DNA from: Candidatus Latescibacterota bacterium | GTDB lineage: Bacteria; Latescibacterota; UBA2968; UBA8231 | Direction of reading: 5' to 3' | Length of the DNA stretch: 36,529 nt | NCBI GenBank assembly: GCA_965205655.1 | Contig: CBDBIJ010000126.1 | Location: forward strand, 1-36,529 | In this document: piece by piece, positions 18,344 through 28,425 of the stretch | Numbering within the stretch: position 1 is the stretch's first letter | How the letters are laid out: each line of letters opens with the position of its first letter | Notes under the pieces: model-generated | What the model saw: the letters and a program-made list of their open reading frames with translations, nothing else | Told to the model about the DNA's origin: nothing | Database searches by the model: none | Made by a program: the position numbers and the translations under genes

Positions 18344-18434
18344 GAGTTTCCTCCGTTCCTTGTTTGTGGAATAGGTCTGGATGAAACTTAACCACACAAC
18401 TGTACTAGTACAAGTTATTTGTACGACAATACAC
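17257..18434 (-). mobile_element. IS630 family element
   Basis: IRs GTGTTCCGTCGCAGAAATA / GTGTATTGTCGTACAAATA (rc). TA duplication in CTAG context at 17254-17257 and 18434-18437. Confidence 0.93.
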
Positions 18435-19389
18435 TAGAGCGTCCTGTCCGGTATACCCCGCCAGGGTCAGCTGGTCGCTATGCGACAGCACCTGGTGGGT
18501 CTTGCCCTGGAGGTCGTAGAAGTTGTAGCCGAATCGCTTGGCGTCGAAGGCGTCTCTGGCGATGGCGATCAGCGGCTCGAGATGGGTGCGCCGTCCGGAG
18601 ATGAGCCACGAACCCCGGCCGGCCGGACCCTGCACCGTGAGACGGGAGGCCATGAGACTGGCTCCACCCTCTGCCTCGAACTCCTCCTTGTTGCCCTCGT
18701 CAGTGATGACCGTCAGCACCGATGAGAGGCGCCCGCCGTACTTGGCGGGATAGGCGCCGCGCAGCAGCTCCGTACTCTTGGCGGCGTCGGCGGGGAACGT
18801 GCTGAAGAGCCCGAAGAGGTGAGATGCATTGTACACGTCGGTGCCGTCGAGGAGGACGAGATTCTGGTCCGGCGTGCCGCCACGCACGTAGAGTCCGACA
18901 GAGAAGTCGGACAGCGCCGCTACCCCTGGCAGCGTCTGAATCGTGCGGATGGGATCCGCCTCGATGGCGGCCGGGGCGGCCTTCAGCTCGCGGACCTGCA
19001 GCATCGTCCGTCCCGGACTGATGTCGAAATCCTCGACCTCCTCCCGCTCCGCCTCGATCACGGTGGTCTCCAGTTCGATCGCTTGCTCTGCCAGGCTGAT
19101 GTCGACGACGAGGTCGTCGTCGCCCAACTCGATTTCCTTCGAGAAGGTGCGGTACCCGATCAGAGAGCTGACGAGGGTATGCACACCCGCCGTCGCGCCG
19201 GCGATGGCGTAGTAGCCGCTCTCGTTGCTGATCGTGCCGCGGCTCTCGCCCTTGAGATAGACGTTGACGAAGGGAAGACTCTCCCCGTTGCTCCCATCGC
19301 GCATCGCGCACGAAGCCGCTGATATCGGCGGCCTGAGCTTGCCTGAGGAGTGTGAGTGCCGCCAGTGATGCTGCGACCGAGACCTTCAT
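18435..19389 (-). pseudogene. TonB-dependent receptor (carboxypeptidase-regulatory-like domain plus plug), frameshifted and truncated
   Basis: Signal peptide MKVSVAASLAALTLLRQAQA, GESLPFVNV, QTLPGV, YVRGGTPDQNL, AKYGGRLSSV. 7-bp duplication at 19296-19309. Beta-barrel cut by IS630. Confidence 0.9.
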
Positions 19390-19397
19390 CGCTCTAC

Positions 19398-19844
19398 CTA
19401 CCGCTCCCCCGTCGACCCGAAACCGCCCGCATCGCGGTCGGATTCGGCCAGTGCGTCCACCTCGATCAGCGCCGCCCGCGTCATCGGCGCGAACACGATC
19501 TGGGCGATGCGGTCTCCCGATTCTATGCGTTGGTCTTCCCCGGAGAGATTGACGAGGATGACCCCCACATCGCCGCGGTAGTCGGCGTCGATGGTTCCCG
19601 GCGCGTTCAGTACCGTGAGCCCGCGCTTCAGAGCGAGCCCGCTCCGGGGGCGGACCTGACCTTCGAAGCCCCGCGGAATCTCGACACGCAGCCCGGTTGG
19701 CACGAGGGCCCACTCGCCGGGCTTGAGCAGCAGTGGCTCGGCGAGGTGGGCGCGCAGGTCCATGCCGGCACTGTCAGCAGTCTCGTACACCGGCATCGGC
19801 TCATCGCTATCGCGGATGACGCGAACGGAGATCGGAGCAGTCAT
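19398..19844 (-). CDS. dut: dUTP diphosphatase
   Basis: All five dUTPase motifs: [37 protein letters not shown]. Confidence 0.97.
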   Translation of the reverse strand: MTAPISVRVIRDSDEPMPVYETADSAGMDLRAHLAEPLLLKPGEWALVPTGLRVEIPRGFEGQVRPRSGLALKRGLTVLNAPGTIDADYRGDVGVILVNLSGEDQRIESGDRIAQIVFAPMTRAALIEVDALAESDRDAGGFGSTGER

Positions 19845-19886
19845 TGGGAGCCGGCCGTCAAGGTACTGCTCGTTCGCAGCGGTCTG

Positions 19887-21077
19887 TTACGCTCTGCGGT
19901 TGTAGTCGCGGCTCCAGCGCTCGCGTAGGTCGCGAACGTATACCGCTGCCAGGGTATAGAAGGTAAAGGAAAAGAGGCTGAAGACGCCGGCGATGAAGAC
20001 GGCGAGCAGACGGCGAGGCCGGGCCGGCTCCTCCGGGGGAATGGCTACATCGAGGACCTGGACCGTGCGCGTCGTGTTCGTCGCCTCGATGAGGGATTCG
20101 GCCTGTTGCTGCAGCAGCATTTTCATCAGAGCCGCCTGGACCAGGACGTCCTTTTCGATGTTGGCGTACTCCTGGGCCACCCTCGGTATCTGTCGCAGCG
20201 GCAGGAACAGATTTTCGTCGAGCCGCAGTTCGAACTCGGGGTAGCGATCCAGTGACGCCGGGGCACTGGATTCCCCGCCGTCGCGCAGGAACACGAGCGC
20301 TTGCTGACGTAGCTCGAACTGGTGATCCAGCTTCTGCACTTCGGGGTGGGTAGGGGCGACGCCCGATTTTAGCAAGGTGAGCTTGGCGATCAGCAGCTCC
20401 ATAGCGGCCAGCTGCATGTCAGCCGAGACGTTGATGACGGCTTTGGCCTGCTCCTCGATGGAGATGGCGTTGTGGATTTCCTGGAATTCCTGCAGTCTCA
20501 CCATCACGCCCTCGAACTTTTCGCCTTCCGACCTCACGAGTGACTTGATGAACTCCTGGCGCTCGCTGGCGGCGGTCTGTGACAGGCTTTGATTGACGCT
20601 GTCGAGAAGGTCGACGTAGCGGTTGGCCATCTCCGCTGACCGCTCCGGGCTGCGGTCGAACACGGATATCAGGATCGTCCCCTCCTCGGCCTTGTCGAGG
20701 TCCGTCTTCTTCCGCAAGACCTTGATCGCATCCGACATCTTCTCTTTCTCGTACAATGTCATCAGGTCGAAATCCCGGACCATCCGACGCCGCACAGTGG
20801 GGCTTTTTAAGATGGCGACGAAAATGTCGGCGGGCGTTCCCTTCTCGCCCAGCCGCAGGGACGGGATCGGCAGGTCGGCGAGCAGGTCGGCAAACCCGAA
20901 CCCTTTCTTTTGGTCCTTGGGCGGCAGCAGCTGGGTTTTCGCTTCGTATTCATCCGGCAGGAAGAGACTGACCGCAGCCGTGAGGATGCAGACGACGAGG
21001 GTACCGCCAATGATGAGTCGCTTTCCGTCGTTCAGAGCGGCGAAAAGATCCAGAACGTCGACCTGCTTGGAGTTCAT
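19887..21077 (-). CDS. Polysaccharide co-polymerase / chain-length determinant (Wzz/GumC-like, no kinase domain)
   Basis: N-terminal TM followed by PDEYEA, coiled-coil body, VQVLDVAIPPEEPARP plus C-terminal TM. Alternative start at 21110. Confidence 0.88.
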   Translation of the reverse strand: MNSKQVDVLDLFAALNDGKRLIIGGTLVVCILTAAVSLFLPDEYEAKTQLLPPKDQKKGFGFADLLADLPIPSLRLGEKGTPADIFVAILKSPTVRRRMVRDFDLMTLYEKEKMSDAIKVLRKKTDLDKAEEGTILISVFDRSPERSAEMANRYVDLLDSVNQSLSQTAASERQEFIKSLVRSEGEKFEGVMVRLQEFQEIHNAISIEEQAKAVINVSADMQLAAMELLIAKLTLLKSGVAPTHPEVQKLDHQFELRQQALVFLRDGGESSAPASLDRYPEFELRLDENLFLPLRQIPRVAQEYANIEKDVLVQAALMKMLLQQQAESLIEATNTTRTVQVLDVAIPPEEPARPRRLLAVFIAGVFSLFSFTFYTLAAVYVRDLRERWSRDYNRRA

Positions 21078-21126
21078 GCGTAGTTGTCTCTCTCCGGAAG
21101 TGGGCTGCATGCCTTGTGGTTGCCGG

Positions 21127-22896
21127 TCACAGCGCTCGCACCAGGACGACGAGCGTCAGCGTTTCAGCCACTGTTCGCATGGTACCCTGAAAGAACTCCC
21201 ACCAGTTGCGGTACTCGTCTTCGGGGATCCAGATCTCGTCGCCGCATTCGACGATGGCGTTCTTGTCGAGCTCCTCTCTCACGCCAGTGCGGGCTCGGAT
21301 GAGGCGGGCGCCGCCTTTGTTGGCGTTGAAAGCATAACCGCCCGCCTGGTCGATGTAGTAGCGTGCGCGGCGTCCCTCTTCGAAGTAAATGAGGCCTGGT
21401 TTCTTTAGCTGGCCGCTGAGGCTCACGGTGCGCCGCGTCTCAGGAATGAAGATCACATCGCCACCTTCGAGAAGGATGTTCTGGCTCTCGGCGCCGTCTA
21501 GGAACAGTCTTTCGAAGTCCACCACGACCCGACCGCGTCGCTCTCGTCCCTTTGTTTTGAGGTAGGCTCTTTCTTCGGGATCCATGTCGGCCATGCCGGC
21601 CGTACTCTGCACGGCGCGCAGGCGCTGGTACTCTGGGTCCTGAAGGTTGCGGAGCCGGGCGCGGATGACGTTGGCCTCCAGGAGCGATGCGCGCTCATTG
21701 AGCCCGCCGGCTTCCTCGATAATGTCGGCGAGGCGGGTTGTGCCCGGTACGATTCGGTAGCGGCCCCGGTACTTCACTTCGCCGTATATATGCACCGTGG
21801 GTGTCTCCTGCCAGTCGGCACGCGTGCGGATGAATAGCATGTCCTTCGGCTGAAGTGGCACGTCCGCGATGTCGGCAACGACGACGGTCTCGGCCGGCCC
21901 GGGGTTGTGGGACTCGATGAGCTGAATGACGTCGGACGAGATGCCATCATCGCGAAAGCGCCAGACTTCGACAACCTCAAGGGGGGCGCTGCCGCTGATG
22001 CCGCCGGCGAGCCTTACCAGGTCTCCAACGGTGTCTCCCCTCTTGTACTCGAGCGAGCCCTCTTCGTTGACCGAGCCATAGACGAAGAATTCGTGCGTCC
22101 GGTACGGCACGTGGACGGCGTCGCCCATGCTCAAATAGGGGTTGTGCGCCAGATTGCCGGTGGCCAGATACATGGACAAATCGACAGTTTCGACCGCGCT
22201 GTCCCGGTGCGTCACTCTGATCGAGCGGCGCGCCGTAGGCTGTGCCTGCGCCAGACGGACTTTCGTGACTTTCTTGCCGGCCACCGTTTCCTCGACCGAC
22301 CCCCGGATATCGTCGACAAAGCCGCCGCCCCGCTCAATCAGATCGGAAACTCGCGTGATGGGGTGAACGGCGAACGCTCCCTCGGTGAGCACGGCGCCCG
22401 TGAGATAGACCGTGAAGTATCGCATGCTCTCGAGCGTCAGAGTGATCGGCACGCCCGGGTACTGCGTGCTCTGGGCGGCGGAAATGATTTCTTCCTTTAC
22501 GTCTGCCAGCGTTCTGTCTGAAACCTCGAAGGCCCCGATGGTGGGAATGAGCGCGAATCCTTCGGGATTGACGACGACGGGAATGGCCTGATCGAATTCC
22601 CCCCAGACGTAGAGCTGAAGCACGTCGGCGGGTCCGACGATGTAGGTTTCGGGGTCGATCTCGCGGTCCTGACTGATGCGAACGAATTCCGGTTCTTTAC
22701 CCTTGGGAAGGCGCAGCCGGCCGGAAATCGGCTCGTCGCCGATGCCGGGCAGCTCGGCACCTGGAATCCTCCGCAGCTCCTCCTCTTCCCGCTCGCTCTC
22801 GTCCACGAGCTCTTCCAGGTCCTGGGCAAATGTGGCCGACAACAGGAAGGACCACATGATCGCCCCCGTCGCACATGGAAGTATTCTCCGAATCAT
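21127..22896 (-). CDS. Polysaccharide export protein with multiple SLBB domains (Wza/KpsD-like)
   Basis: Signal peptide, YIVGPADVL poly_export motif, repeated VxGxV..G and AGG SLBB units. GAGGA RBS before ATG 22896. Confidence 0.9.
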   Translation of the reverse strand: MIRRILPCATGAIMWSFLLSATFAQDLEELVDESEREEEELRRIPGAELPGIGDEPISGRLRLPKGKEPEFVRISQDREIDPETYIVGPADVLQLYVWGEFDQAIPVVVNPEGFALIPTIGAFEVSDRTLADVKEEIISAAQSTQYPGVPITLTLESMRYFTVYLTGAVLTEGAFAVHPITRVSDLIERGGGFVDDIRGSVEETVAGKKVTKVRLAQAQPTARRSIRVTHRDSAVETVDLSMYLATGNLAHNPYLSMGDAVHVPYRTHEFFVYGSVNEEGSLEYKRGDTVGDLVRLAGGISGSAPLEVVEVWRFRDDGISSDVIQLIESHNPGPAETVVVADIADVPLQPKDMLFIRTRADWQETPTVHIYGEVKYRGRYRIVPGTTRLADIIEEAGGLNERASLLEANVIRARLRNLQDPEYQRLRAVQSTAGMADMDPEERAYLKTKGRERRGRVVVDFERLFLDGAESQNILLEGGDVIFIPETRRTVSLSGQLKKPGLIYFEEGRRARYYIDQAGGYAFNANKGGARLIRARTGVREELDKNAIVECGDEIWIPEDEYRNWWEFFQGTMRTVAETLTLVVLVRAL

Positions 22897-22995
22897 GGCT
22901 TCCTCATCATATAGGCGATAGGCGGTGTCGCGTCGCGCTTCCCCTTTGTTGGTCGGCGATAAGCGAAGTCGCACAACGATTTCCGCTTAACGCCG

Positions 22996-23030
22996 CGATT
23001 GGCGACGTCGCGACGCAGGGTCGCCAATCG
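22996..23030. terminator. Perfect 11-bp stem-loop just after rfbB
   Basis: CGATTGGCGAC (22996-23006) / GTCGCCAATCG (23020-23030), 13-nt loop, no clear U tract. Confidence 0.5.
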
Positions 23031-23032
23031 AT

Positions 23033-24037
23033 TTATCGCTCCACGTACTGGCGATTGTAGTACGACTGGTAATCATCGCCTGCCTTGATGCGGCGCCACC
23101 AGTCTTCGTGCTCGACGTACCAGTCAATCGTGAGTTGCATTGCCGCTGCCACGTCGTACTCGGGCTGCCAGCCAAGATCGCGCAGCTTGCTCGAGTCGAG
23201 GGCGTAGCGCTGGTCGTGGCCGGCGCGATCCTTGACGAACTCGATGAGCGATTCGGGCTTTTTCAGATGCTCGAGAATCGTGCGCGTGACTTCGAGCCCC
23301 GTGGCTTCGTTCTCACCGCCAATGTTATAAGCTTCGCCCGACGCCCCGTGATGGAGCACGAGATCGAGAGCGGCGCAGTGGTCGTCGACGTACAGGTGGT
23401 CTCGCACCTGCAGTCCGTCCCCGTACACAGGAACGGGCGAATCGTCCATGGCGTTCGTGATGAAAAGTGGCACCCGTTTCTCAGGATACTGATAGGGGCC
23501 GATGTTGTTGGATGCTCGTGTCACGAGCGTCGGCAGGCCATGGGTGACGTTAAAGGCCTGGGCCATCAGCTCGGCGCTCGCCTTGCTCGCCGAGTAGGGG
23601 CTGCGCGGTTCGAGCGGTGATGACTCCGTCCAAGCCCCGGTCTCCAGAGTTCCGTACACCTCGTCGGTGCTGACCTGGAGAAACCGCTCCACGCCGTTCA
23701 CGCGGGCCGCCTCCAGCAGGACGTAAGTCCCGTAGACGTTCGTCTGCACGAACTCGGCCCCCCCCATGATGCTGCGATCCACGTGGCTCTCGGCGGCGAA
23801 GTTGACCACCGCGTCGCAATCGGCCATGAGGGAGTTGACGGTTTCCTCGTCACAGATGTCCGCCTTGACGAAGCGATATCGCGGATCGTCGGCTACAGCC
23901 GTCAGGTTCTCTGGATTTCCCGCGTAGGTCAGCTTGTCGAGGTTGATGACCTCATAGTCCAGATGCCGGCGCAGCAGGAAGGGGATGAAGTTGCTGCCGA
24001 TGAAACCGCAACCTCCGGTAACGAGAACGGTATTCAT
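23033..24037 (-). CDS. rfbB: dTDP-glucose 4,6-dehydratase
   Basis: VTGGCGFIGSNF, DKLTYAGN, FAAESHVDRSI, STDEVYG, YSASK, DRAGHDQRYA. Own ATG at 24037. Confidence 0.95.
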   Translation of the reverse strand: MNTVLVTGGCGFIGSNFIPFLLRRHLDYEVINLDKLTYAGNPENLTAVADDPRYRFVKADICDEETVNSLMADCDAVVNFAAESHVDRSIMGGAEFVQTNVYGTYVLLEAARVNGVERFLQVSTDEVYGTLETGAWTESSPLEPRSPYSASKASAELMAQAFNVTHGLPTLVTRASNNIGPYQYPEKRVPLFITNAMDDSPVPVYGDGLQVRDHLYVDDHCAALDLVLHHGASGEAYNIGGENEATGLEVTRTILEHLKKPESLIEFVKDRAGHDQRYALDSSKLRDLGWQPEYDVAAAMQLTIDWYVEHEDWWRRIKAGDDYQSYYNRQYVER

Positions 24038-25420
24038 AACTCGCTCTGATAGCTGGCGAGGCGACGTGGCGAATGCCACTCGGAGACGTCGTCCTCGGGC
24101 GTGTCTCCGGGCTCGCGCGTTGGACGGCCGACACTGACATACTCCGAAGCCCAGCTCTTGCATTTCTCGAGGGTCGTAGATGTTGCGGCAATCCAGCAGC
24201 CGCGGCCGGCCCAGGGCGGCGCGGATGCGGGGCAGGTCCATATTACGAAACTCGTTCCATTCGGTCATCAGCACGAGTGCATCAGCGCCTTGGGCCGCCT
24301 CGTACGGGTCGGAGCAACAGATGATATCGGCAAACCTGCCCTGCGCGTTCTCCATGGCTGCGGGGTCGTAGACCCGCACCACAGCTCCCTCCTCGAGCAG
24401 TGCCTCGATCAGGTCAAAGGCCGGCGCCTCGCGGATGTCATCTGTCTCCGGCTTGAATGAGAGCCCGAGCAAACAGATTGTGCGCTCGGCGAAAGAGTCG
24501 ACGAGCTCCCTAAGCTTGGCGACCATGCGCCCGCGCTGCAGCCGATTGGATCGGTCGATCGATTCCAGCACAGGCACCTCGACGTCGCGCGCGCGGGCGC
24601 TGGCGGCCAGGGCTGTCACGTCTTTCGGAAAGCAACTGCCGCCATATCCGGCGCCCGGGCTCAGGTTGTTCGGGCCGATGCGCTCGTCCAGGCCGAGGCC
24701 TCGCGCCACCGCGTTCACGTCAGCGCCGTAGGCCTCGCAGATATTGGCGATCTCGTTGATGAAGGAGATCTTTGCCGCCAGCAGCGCATTGGAGGCGTAC
24801 TTTATCATCTCCGCGCTCTCCACATCGGTGAGCACCATCGGGACATCGCTCTGGTAGAGCGGCCGGTAGACGTCGAGGATTGCCTCCATGGCCCGCCGGC
24901 TGCTGGCGCCGATGACGACGCGATTCGGGTGCATGAAGTCGTCGATGGCGTTTCCCTCGCGCAGGAACTCAGGGTTGGAAACGATGTCGAATTCCCGGTT
25001 GGGACGCGCCTTGCCGATCATCTCCGCCACCTCGTCGCCGGTGCCCACGGGAACGGTGCTTTTGTTGACGATGATCTTGTAGTCCTCCATGAATTCGCCG
25101 ATGGTCTCTGCGGCGCGGTGCACGAAGGACATGTCCACCTCGCCATTGGCCAGGGGCGGCGTGCCGACGCAGATGAAGACTATTTCCGAGGACTTGATGG
25201 CAAAGGGCACCTCATTCGAGAAGGAGAGCCGGCCGCGCTGGATGTTGCGCTCCACCATTTCCTTCAGGGCCGGCTCGTAAATCGGCACATCCCCCGATTT
25301 CAGCTTTTCGATGCGTTCCTCGTCGATATCGATGCAGACGACGGCGTTGCCGAAGTCGGCCAGACAGGCGCCGGTCACCAGGCCTACATACCCCGTGCCC
25401 ATTACGCACACTCGCCTCAC
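24034..25420 (-). CDS. ugd: UDP-glucose 6-dehydrogenase (a +1 base near 24144 reads it through into rfbB)
   Basis: GTGYVGL, NKSTVPVGT, SNPEFLREG, KYASN, GYGGSCFPKD, FKPETDDIREAP, DCRN. GGAGGT RBS before GTG 25420. Confidence 0.93.
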
Positions 25421-25562
25421 GCTCTTTCACCTCCGCGGAACAAGGTAGAACGACTCAGGTCAGACGATCGGATGGTATTCGAAGAGGCCGAAATGTGGCC
25501 GTTCAGAAAGGATTTTCTGCGGTGCAATGTAGTTGTCGGATAGACACTTAGGAGAATTTTCA

Positions 25563-25591
25563 ACAATAAGGGCGACCCCCCGGTCTGTCAA
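25563..25591 (-). promoter_or_regulatory. sigma70-type promoter of the ugd-rfbB operon
   Basis: TTGACA, 17-nt spacer, TATTGT; about 140 nt upstream of ugd. Confidence 0.7.
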
Positions 25592-25605
25592 GGACACGTG
25601 GCGGT

Positions 25606-25622
25606 GCGGCAAGGATTGCCGC
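25606..25622. terminator. Short hairpin after tatD
   Basis: GCGGCAA-GGA-TTGCCGC, 7 nt past the tatD stop. No U tract. Confidence 0.35.
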
Positions 25623-25629
25623 GGCTCCA

Positions 25630-26394
25630 TTAGTCGAGCTCCCGCCGCATCAAGCGGGCGAAGTTTGCCGCCGTCTGCTCGGCCACCTCAGCTGTGGAGA
25701 CGCCTTTGAGCTCTGCGAGTTTCTCGGCCACCTCGCGAGTGCGTCGCGGATGGCCCGATTCGTCGCCGAACGGCACCGGCGCATCGGTCTCGAGCAACAG
25801 CAGCTCGTCTGCGATGGCGACGGCGACCTTCTGCGACTGTTCCTGGTCGAGTACTGATGGGCCGACGGAAATGTAGATGCCCTCGTCGTTGCAGATACGA
25901 GCAAGCTTTTCGGAGTGAGTGAACCAGTGGAGCTGCGCGTTGAGCCCCGTCTCCCGGTGGAAGGCGATGGCCCGCTCCATGACCTGGCGCAGGCAGCGGC
26001 GGGAGTGCAGGTTGACGGGCTTTCGGTGTTGAGCTGCGAGTTCGAGCTGCTTGTCGAGGATGTCCTCTTGATATGCCTGCAGCTCGGGCGTATCCGCCCA
26101 TTTACGGTCAAGACCGGCCTCGCCGAGCTGATCGGCGGAAGCCAGGTTGTCGGCGAGAAAATCCAGAGCGGCGCCGATGTCTTCGCGGGAGTCCTGGACC
26201 GCATTCACGGGATGGACGCCGAGGGCGGCGACGATCGATTCGGGATGCCGCTCTCGCAGCTGCAACACCGCCTGCATGGAGTCCAGATCTTGACTGACGC
26301 AGACCAGCTGGGTGACCCCAGCATCCTTCGCTTCGATCACCGCGCCATCGGCGTCCTCGAGCTGTTCGAGATGGAGGTGGGAATCGATCAGCAC
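25630..26394 (-). CDS. tatD: TatD family hydrolase
   Basis: IDSHLH, GVHP, GEAGLD, NLHSR, LHWFT, LETDAP. Confidence 0.93.
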   Translation of the reverse strand: MLIDSHLHLEQLEDADGAVIEAKDAGVTQLVCVSQDLDSMQAVLQLRERHPESIVAALGVHPVNAVQDSREDIGAALDFLADNLASADQLGEAGLDRKWADTPELQAYQEDILDKQLELAAQHRKPVNLHSRRCLRQVMERAIAFHRETGLNAQLHWFTHSEKLARICNDEGIYISVGPSVLDQEQSQKVAVAIADELLLLETDAPVPFGDESGHPRRTREVAEKLAELKGVSTAEVAEQTAANFARLMRRELD

Positions 26395-26401
26395 ACGGGC
26401 A

Positions 26402-27382
26402 TCAATCGACGGTCAGTCCGGTCGTTTCGTCGAATCCGAGCATGAGATTCATGCACTGTATCGTGTTGCCTGAGGCCCCCTTGCCAAGATTGTCCTGGCG
26501 CCCAGCCAGAACGAGGCCCACCTCCTCGGCGCCGAAGACGAACAGGTCGATGCGGTTCGTGAGGTTGCACCCGTCGAGGTCCAGAAAACGTCCGTCGCGC
26601 AGCGTCCCGTCGATTGAGCCCGGCTCCACTGGGTTCACGAAGGGCTCGTCGCCGTAGGCGTCATTCCACACGGACCAGATCTGCCGTTTCGTAACGTTCG
26701 ACCGGGCAAAACTCTCGGCCCTGATCGGCGTGCTCACGATCATGCCGCAGTACCTGTGGTCGACAGACGGCACGAACAGCGGTGACTGGCGGGTGAGGCT
26801 GAACTTGTGCATTTCTGGCACGTGCTTGTGGGCGCCCTCCAGGCCGTAGAGTGACAGTGGAATCGCCGCGTCGCCGGCCGGCTCGACTGGTGAGGCCTGT
26901 TGATACGCCTCGATCATGCGGCGTCCTCCGCCCGAATAGCCCGAGACCGCATTGACAGTGAGAGGTGTACCAGCATCGATCAATCCGGCCTCGATGAGCG
27001 GCCGCACGGCCAGGATGAAGCCCACGGGATAGCAGCCGGGATTGGCGATGCGATCGCCTGCCTTGATCGTATCTCGCTGCTTGGGATTCAGCTCCGGAAG
27101 ACCGTAGACCCAGTCCGAATCCGTGCGGCGTGCCGTGCTCGTGTCGATGATTCGGGTGGATCCGCTGCTGACCAGCTCGATCGCCTCGGCGGCGGCATCG
27201 TCGGGCAGGCACAGAATGGCGATATCGGCGTCGTCGAGAAACCGTCGCCGCGTTTCCACATTCTTGCGCTCCTCCACGGGGATGAGGCTCAGATCCAGAT
27301 CATCCCGACCGTCGAGCAGCTCCCGAATGCGCAGGCCGGTGGATCCCTCCTGCCCGTCGATGTAAATTGTCGGTTTCGGCAT
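26402..27382 (-). CDS. argC: N-acetyl-gamma-glutamyl-phosphate reductase (type 2)
   Basis: IDGQEGSTGL, ILCLPD, IANPGCY, SGYSGGG, HKHVPEM, DNLGKGASG. Confidence 0.96.
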   Translation of the reverse strand: MPKPTIYIDGQEGSTGLRIRELLDGRDDLDLSLIPVEERKNVETRRRFLDDADIAILCLPDDAAAEAIELVSSGSTRIIDTSTARRTDSDWVYGLPELNPKQRDTIKAGDRIANPGCYPVGFILAVRPLIEAGLIDAGTPLTVNAVSGYSGGGRRMIEAYQQASPVEPAGDAAIPLSLYGLEGAHKHVPEMHKFSLTRQSPLFVPSVDHRYCGMIVSTPIRAESFARSNVTKRQIWSVWNDAYGDEPFVNPVEPGSIDGTLRDGRFLDLDGCNLTNRIDLFVFGAEEVGLVLAGRQDNLGKGASGNTIQCMNLMLGFDETTGLTVD

Positions 27383-27441
27383 TGGGAAGTAATAATTATT
27401 CCATTTTTTGAATAAAAAAACTTAACCTCAGGACCCGGTCA

Positions 27442-28395
27442 ATGGCGGGACATCTCAACGGGGGCTTCGTCTACCGCGATCGCATCGGCGGCGACGACGT
27501 CGGCACTCAAATCCTGGATTTCTACGCCGAACGCTATCCGCACTCGACCCGGGACACCTGGCGAGAGCGGATCGAGACGGGGATCGTTCTCGCCGATAGA
27601 AAGCTGGCCGCGCCCGATGCGGTCCTGACTGCCGGTCAGGAACTGGCCTATCATCGTCCCGGGTGGCAGGAGCCTGAGGTTCCGCGGCACCTCGCGATCG
27701 GCTTCGAAGACGGGGATGTGGTCGCCGTCGTTAAACCGAGCGGACTGCCGGTACTACCCGGCGCTGATTACCTCGAAAACACCCTCGTAACGCTTATGAA
27801 ACAGCGCTACGGTGGCGATGCTCTGCCGCCGGCCCCTGTTCATCGACTCGGGCGCGGGACCTCGGGGCTCATCCTGTTCGCGCGCACGGCGATCGCGCGC
27901 CGCCTCCTGTCGGGAGATATGGCCACCGGTCGTGTCCACAAGCGGTATCGGGCGCTCGTGCAGGGCACTACGATCACGGACGAGTTCGCGATCGAGCAGC
28001 GCATCGGCCAAATCCCCTACCCCGGCCTCGGCTACGTGTACGCCGCTACTGCCACCGGGAAGGCGTCGCGATCGGAAGTGCGCGTGCTGGAGCGACGAAC
28101 CCGGGAGACCCTCGTCGAAGTAGACATCCCGACCGGGAGACCGCATCAGATCCGCATTCACCTGGCAGCGGCGGGGTATCCACTCGTCGGAGAGCCACTC
28201 TATCAAATCGGGGGAAAGCCACGCAACCCTGAGAAGGGTGAGCGGCTACCATTACCGGGTGACGTCGGCTATCATCTCCACTCCACTCGCGTTCGGTTCG
28301 CCCATCCGCGAACGCGGGCGTGTGTGAGCGTGTATGCGCAGCCGCCCGAGATTCTCAGGCACAGATCGGCGCACCTGTCAGTGGATGAAACGTAA
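27442..28395 (+). CDS. RluA family RNA pseudouridine synthase
   Basis: KPSGLPV, VHRLGRGTSG, TGRPHQIRIH, PLVGEPLY, YHLH. Confidence 0.9.
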   Translation: MAGHLNGGFVYRDRIGGDDVGTQILDFYAERYPHSTRDTWRERIETGIVLADRKLAAPDAVLTAGQELAYHRPGWQEPEVPRHLAIGFEDGDVVAVVKPSGLPVLPGADYLENTLVTLMKQRYGGDALPPAPVHRLGRGTSGLILFARTAIARRLLSGDMATGRVHKRYRALVQGTTITDEFAIEQRIGQIPYPGLGYVYAATATGKASRSEVRVLERRTRETLVEVDIPTGRPHQIRIHLAAAGYPLVGEPLYQIGGKPRNPEKGERLPLPGDVGYHLHSTRVRFAHPRTRACVSVYAQPPEILRHRSAHLSVDET

Positions 28396-28425
28396 AGGGC
28401 ACCGGGCGGGCACGACGACGGACGT

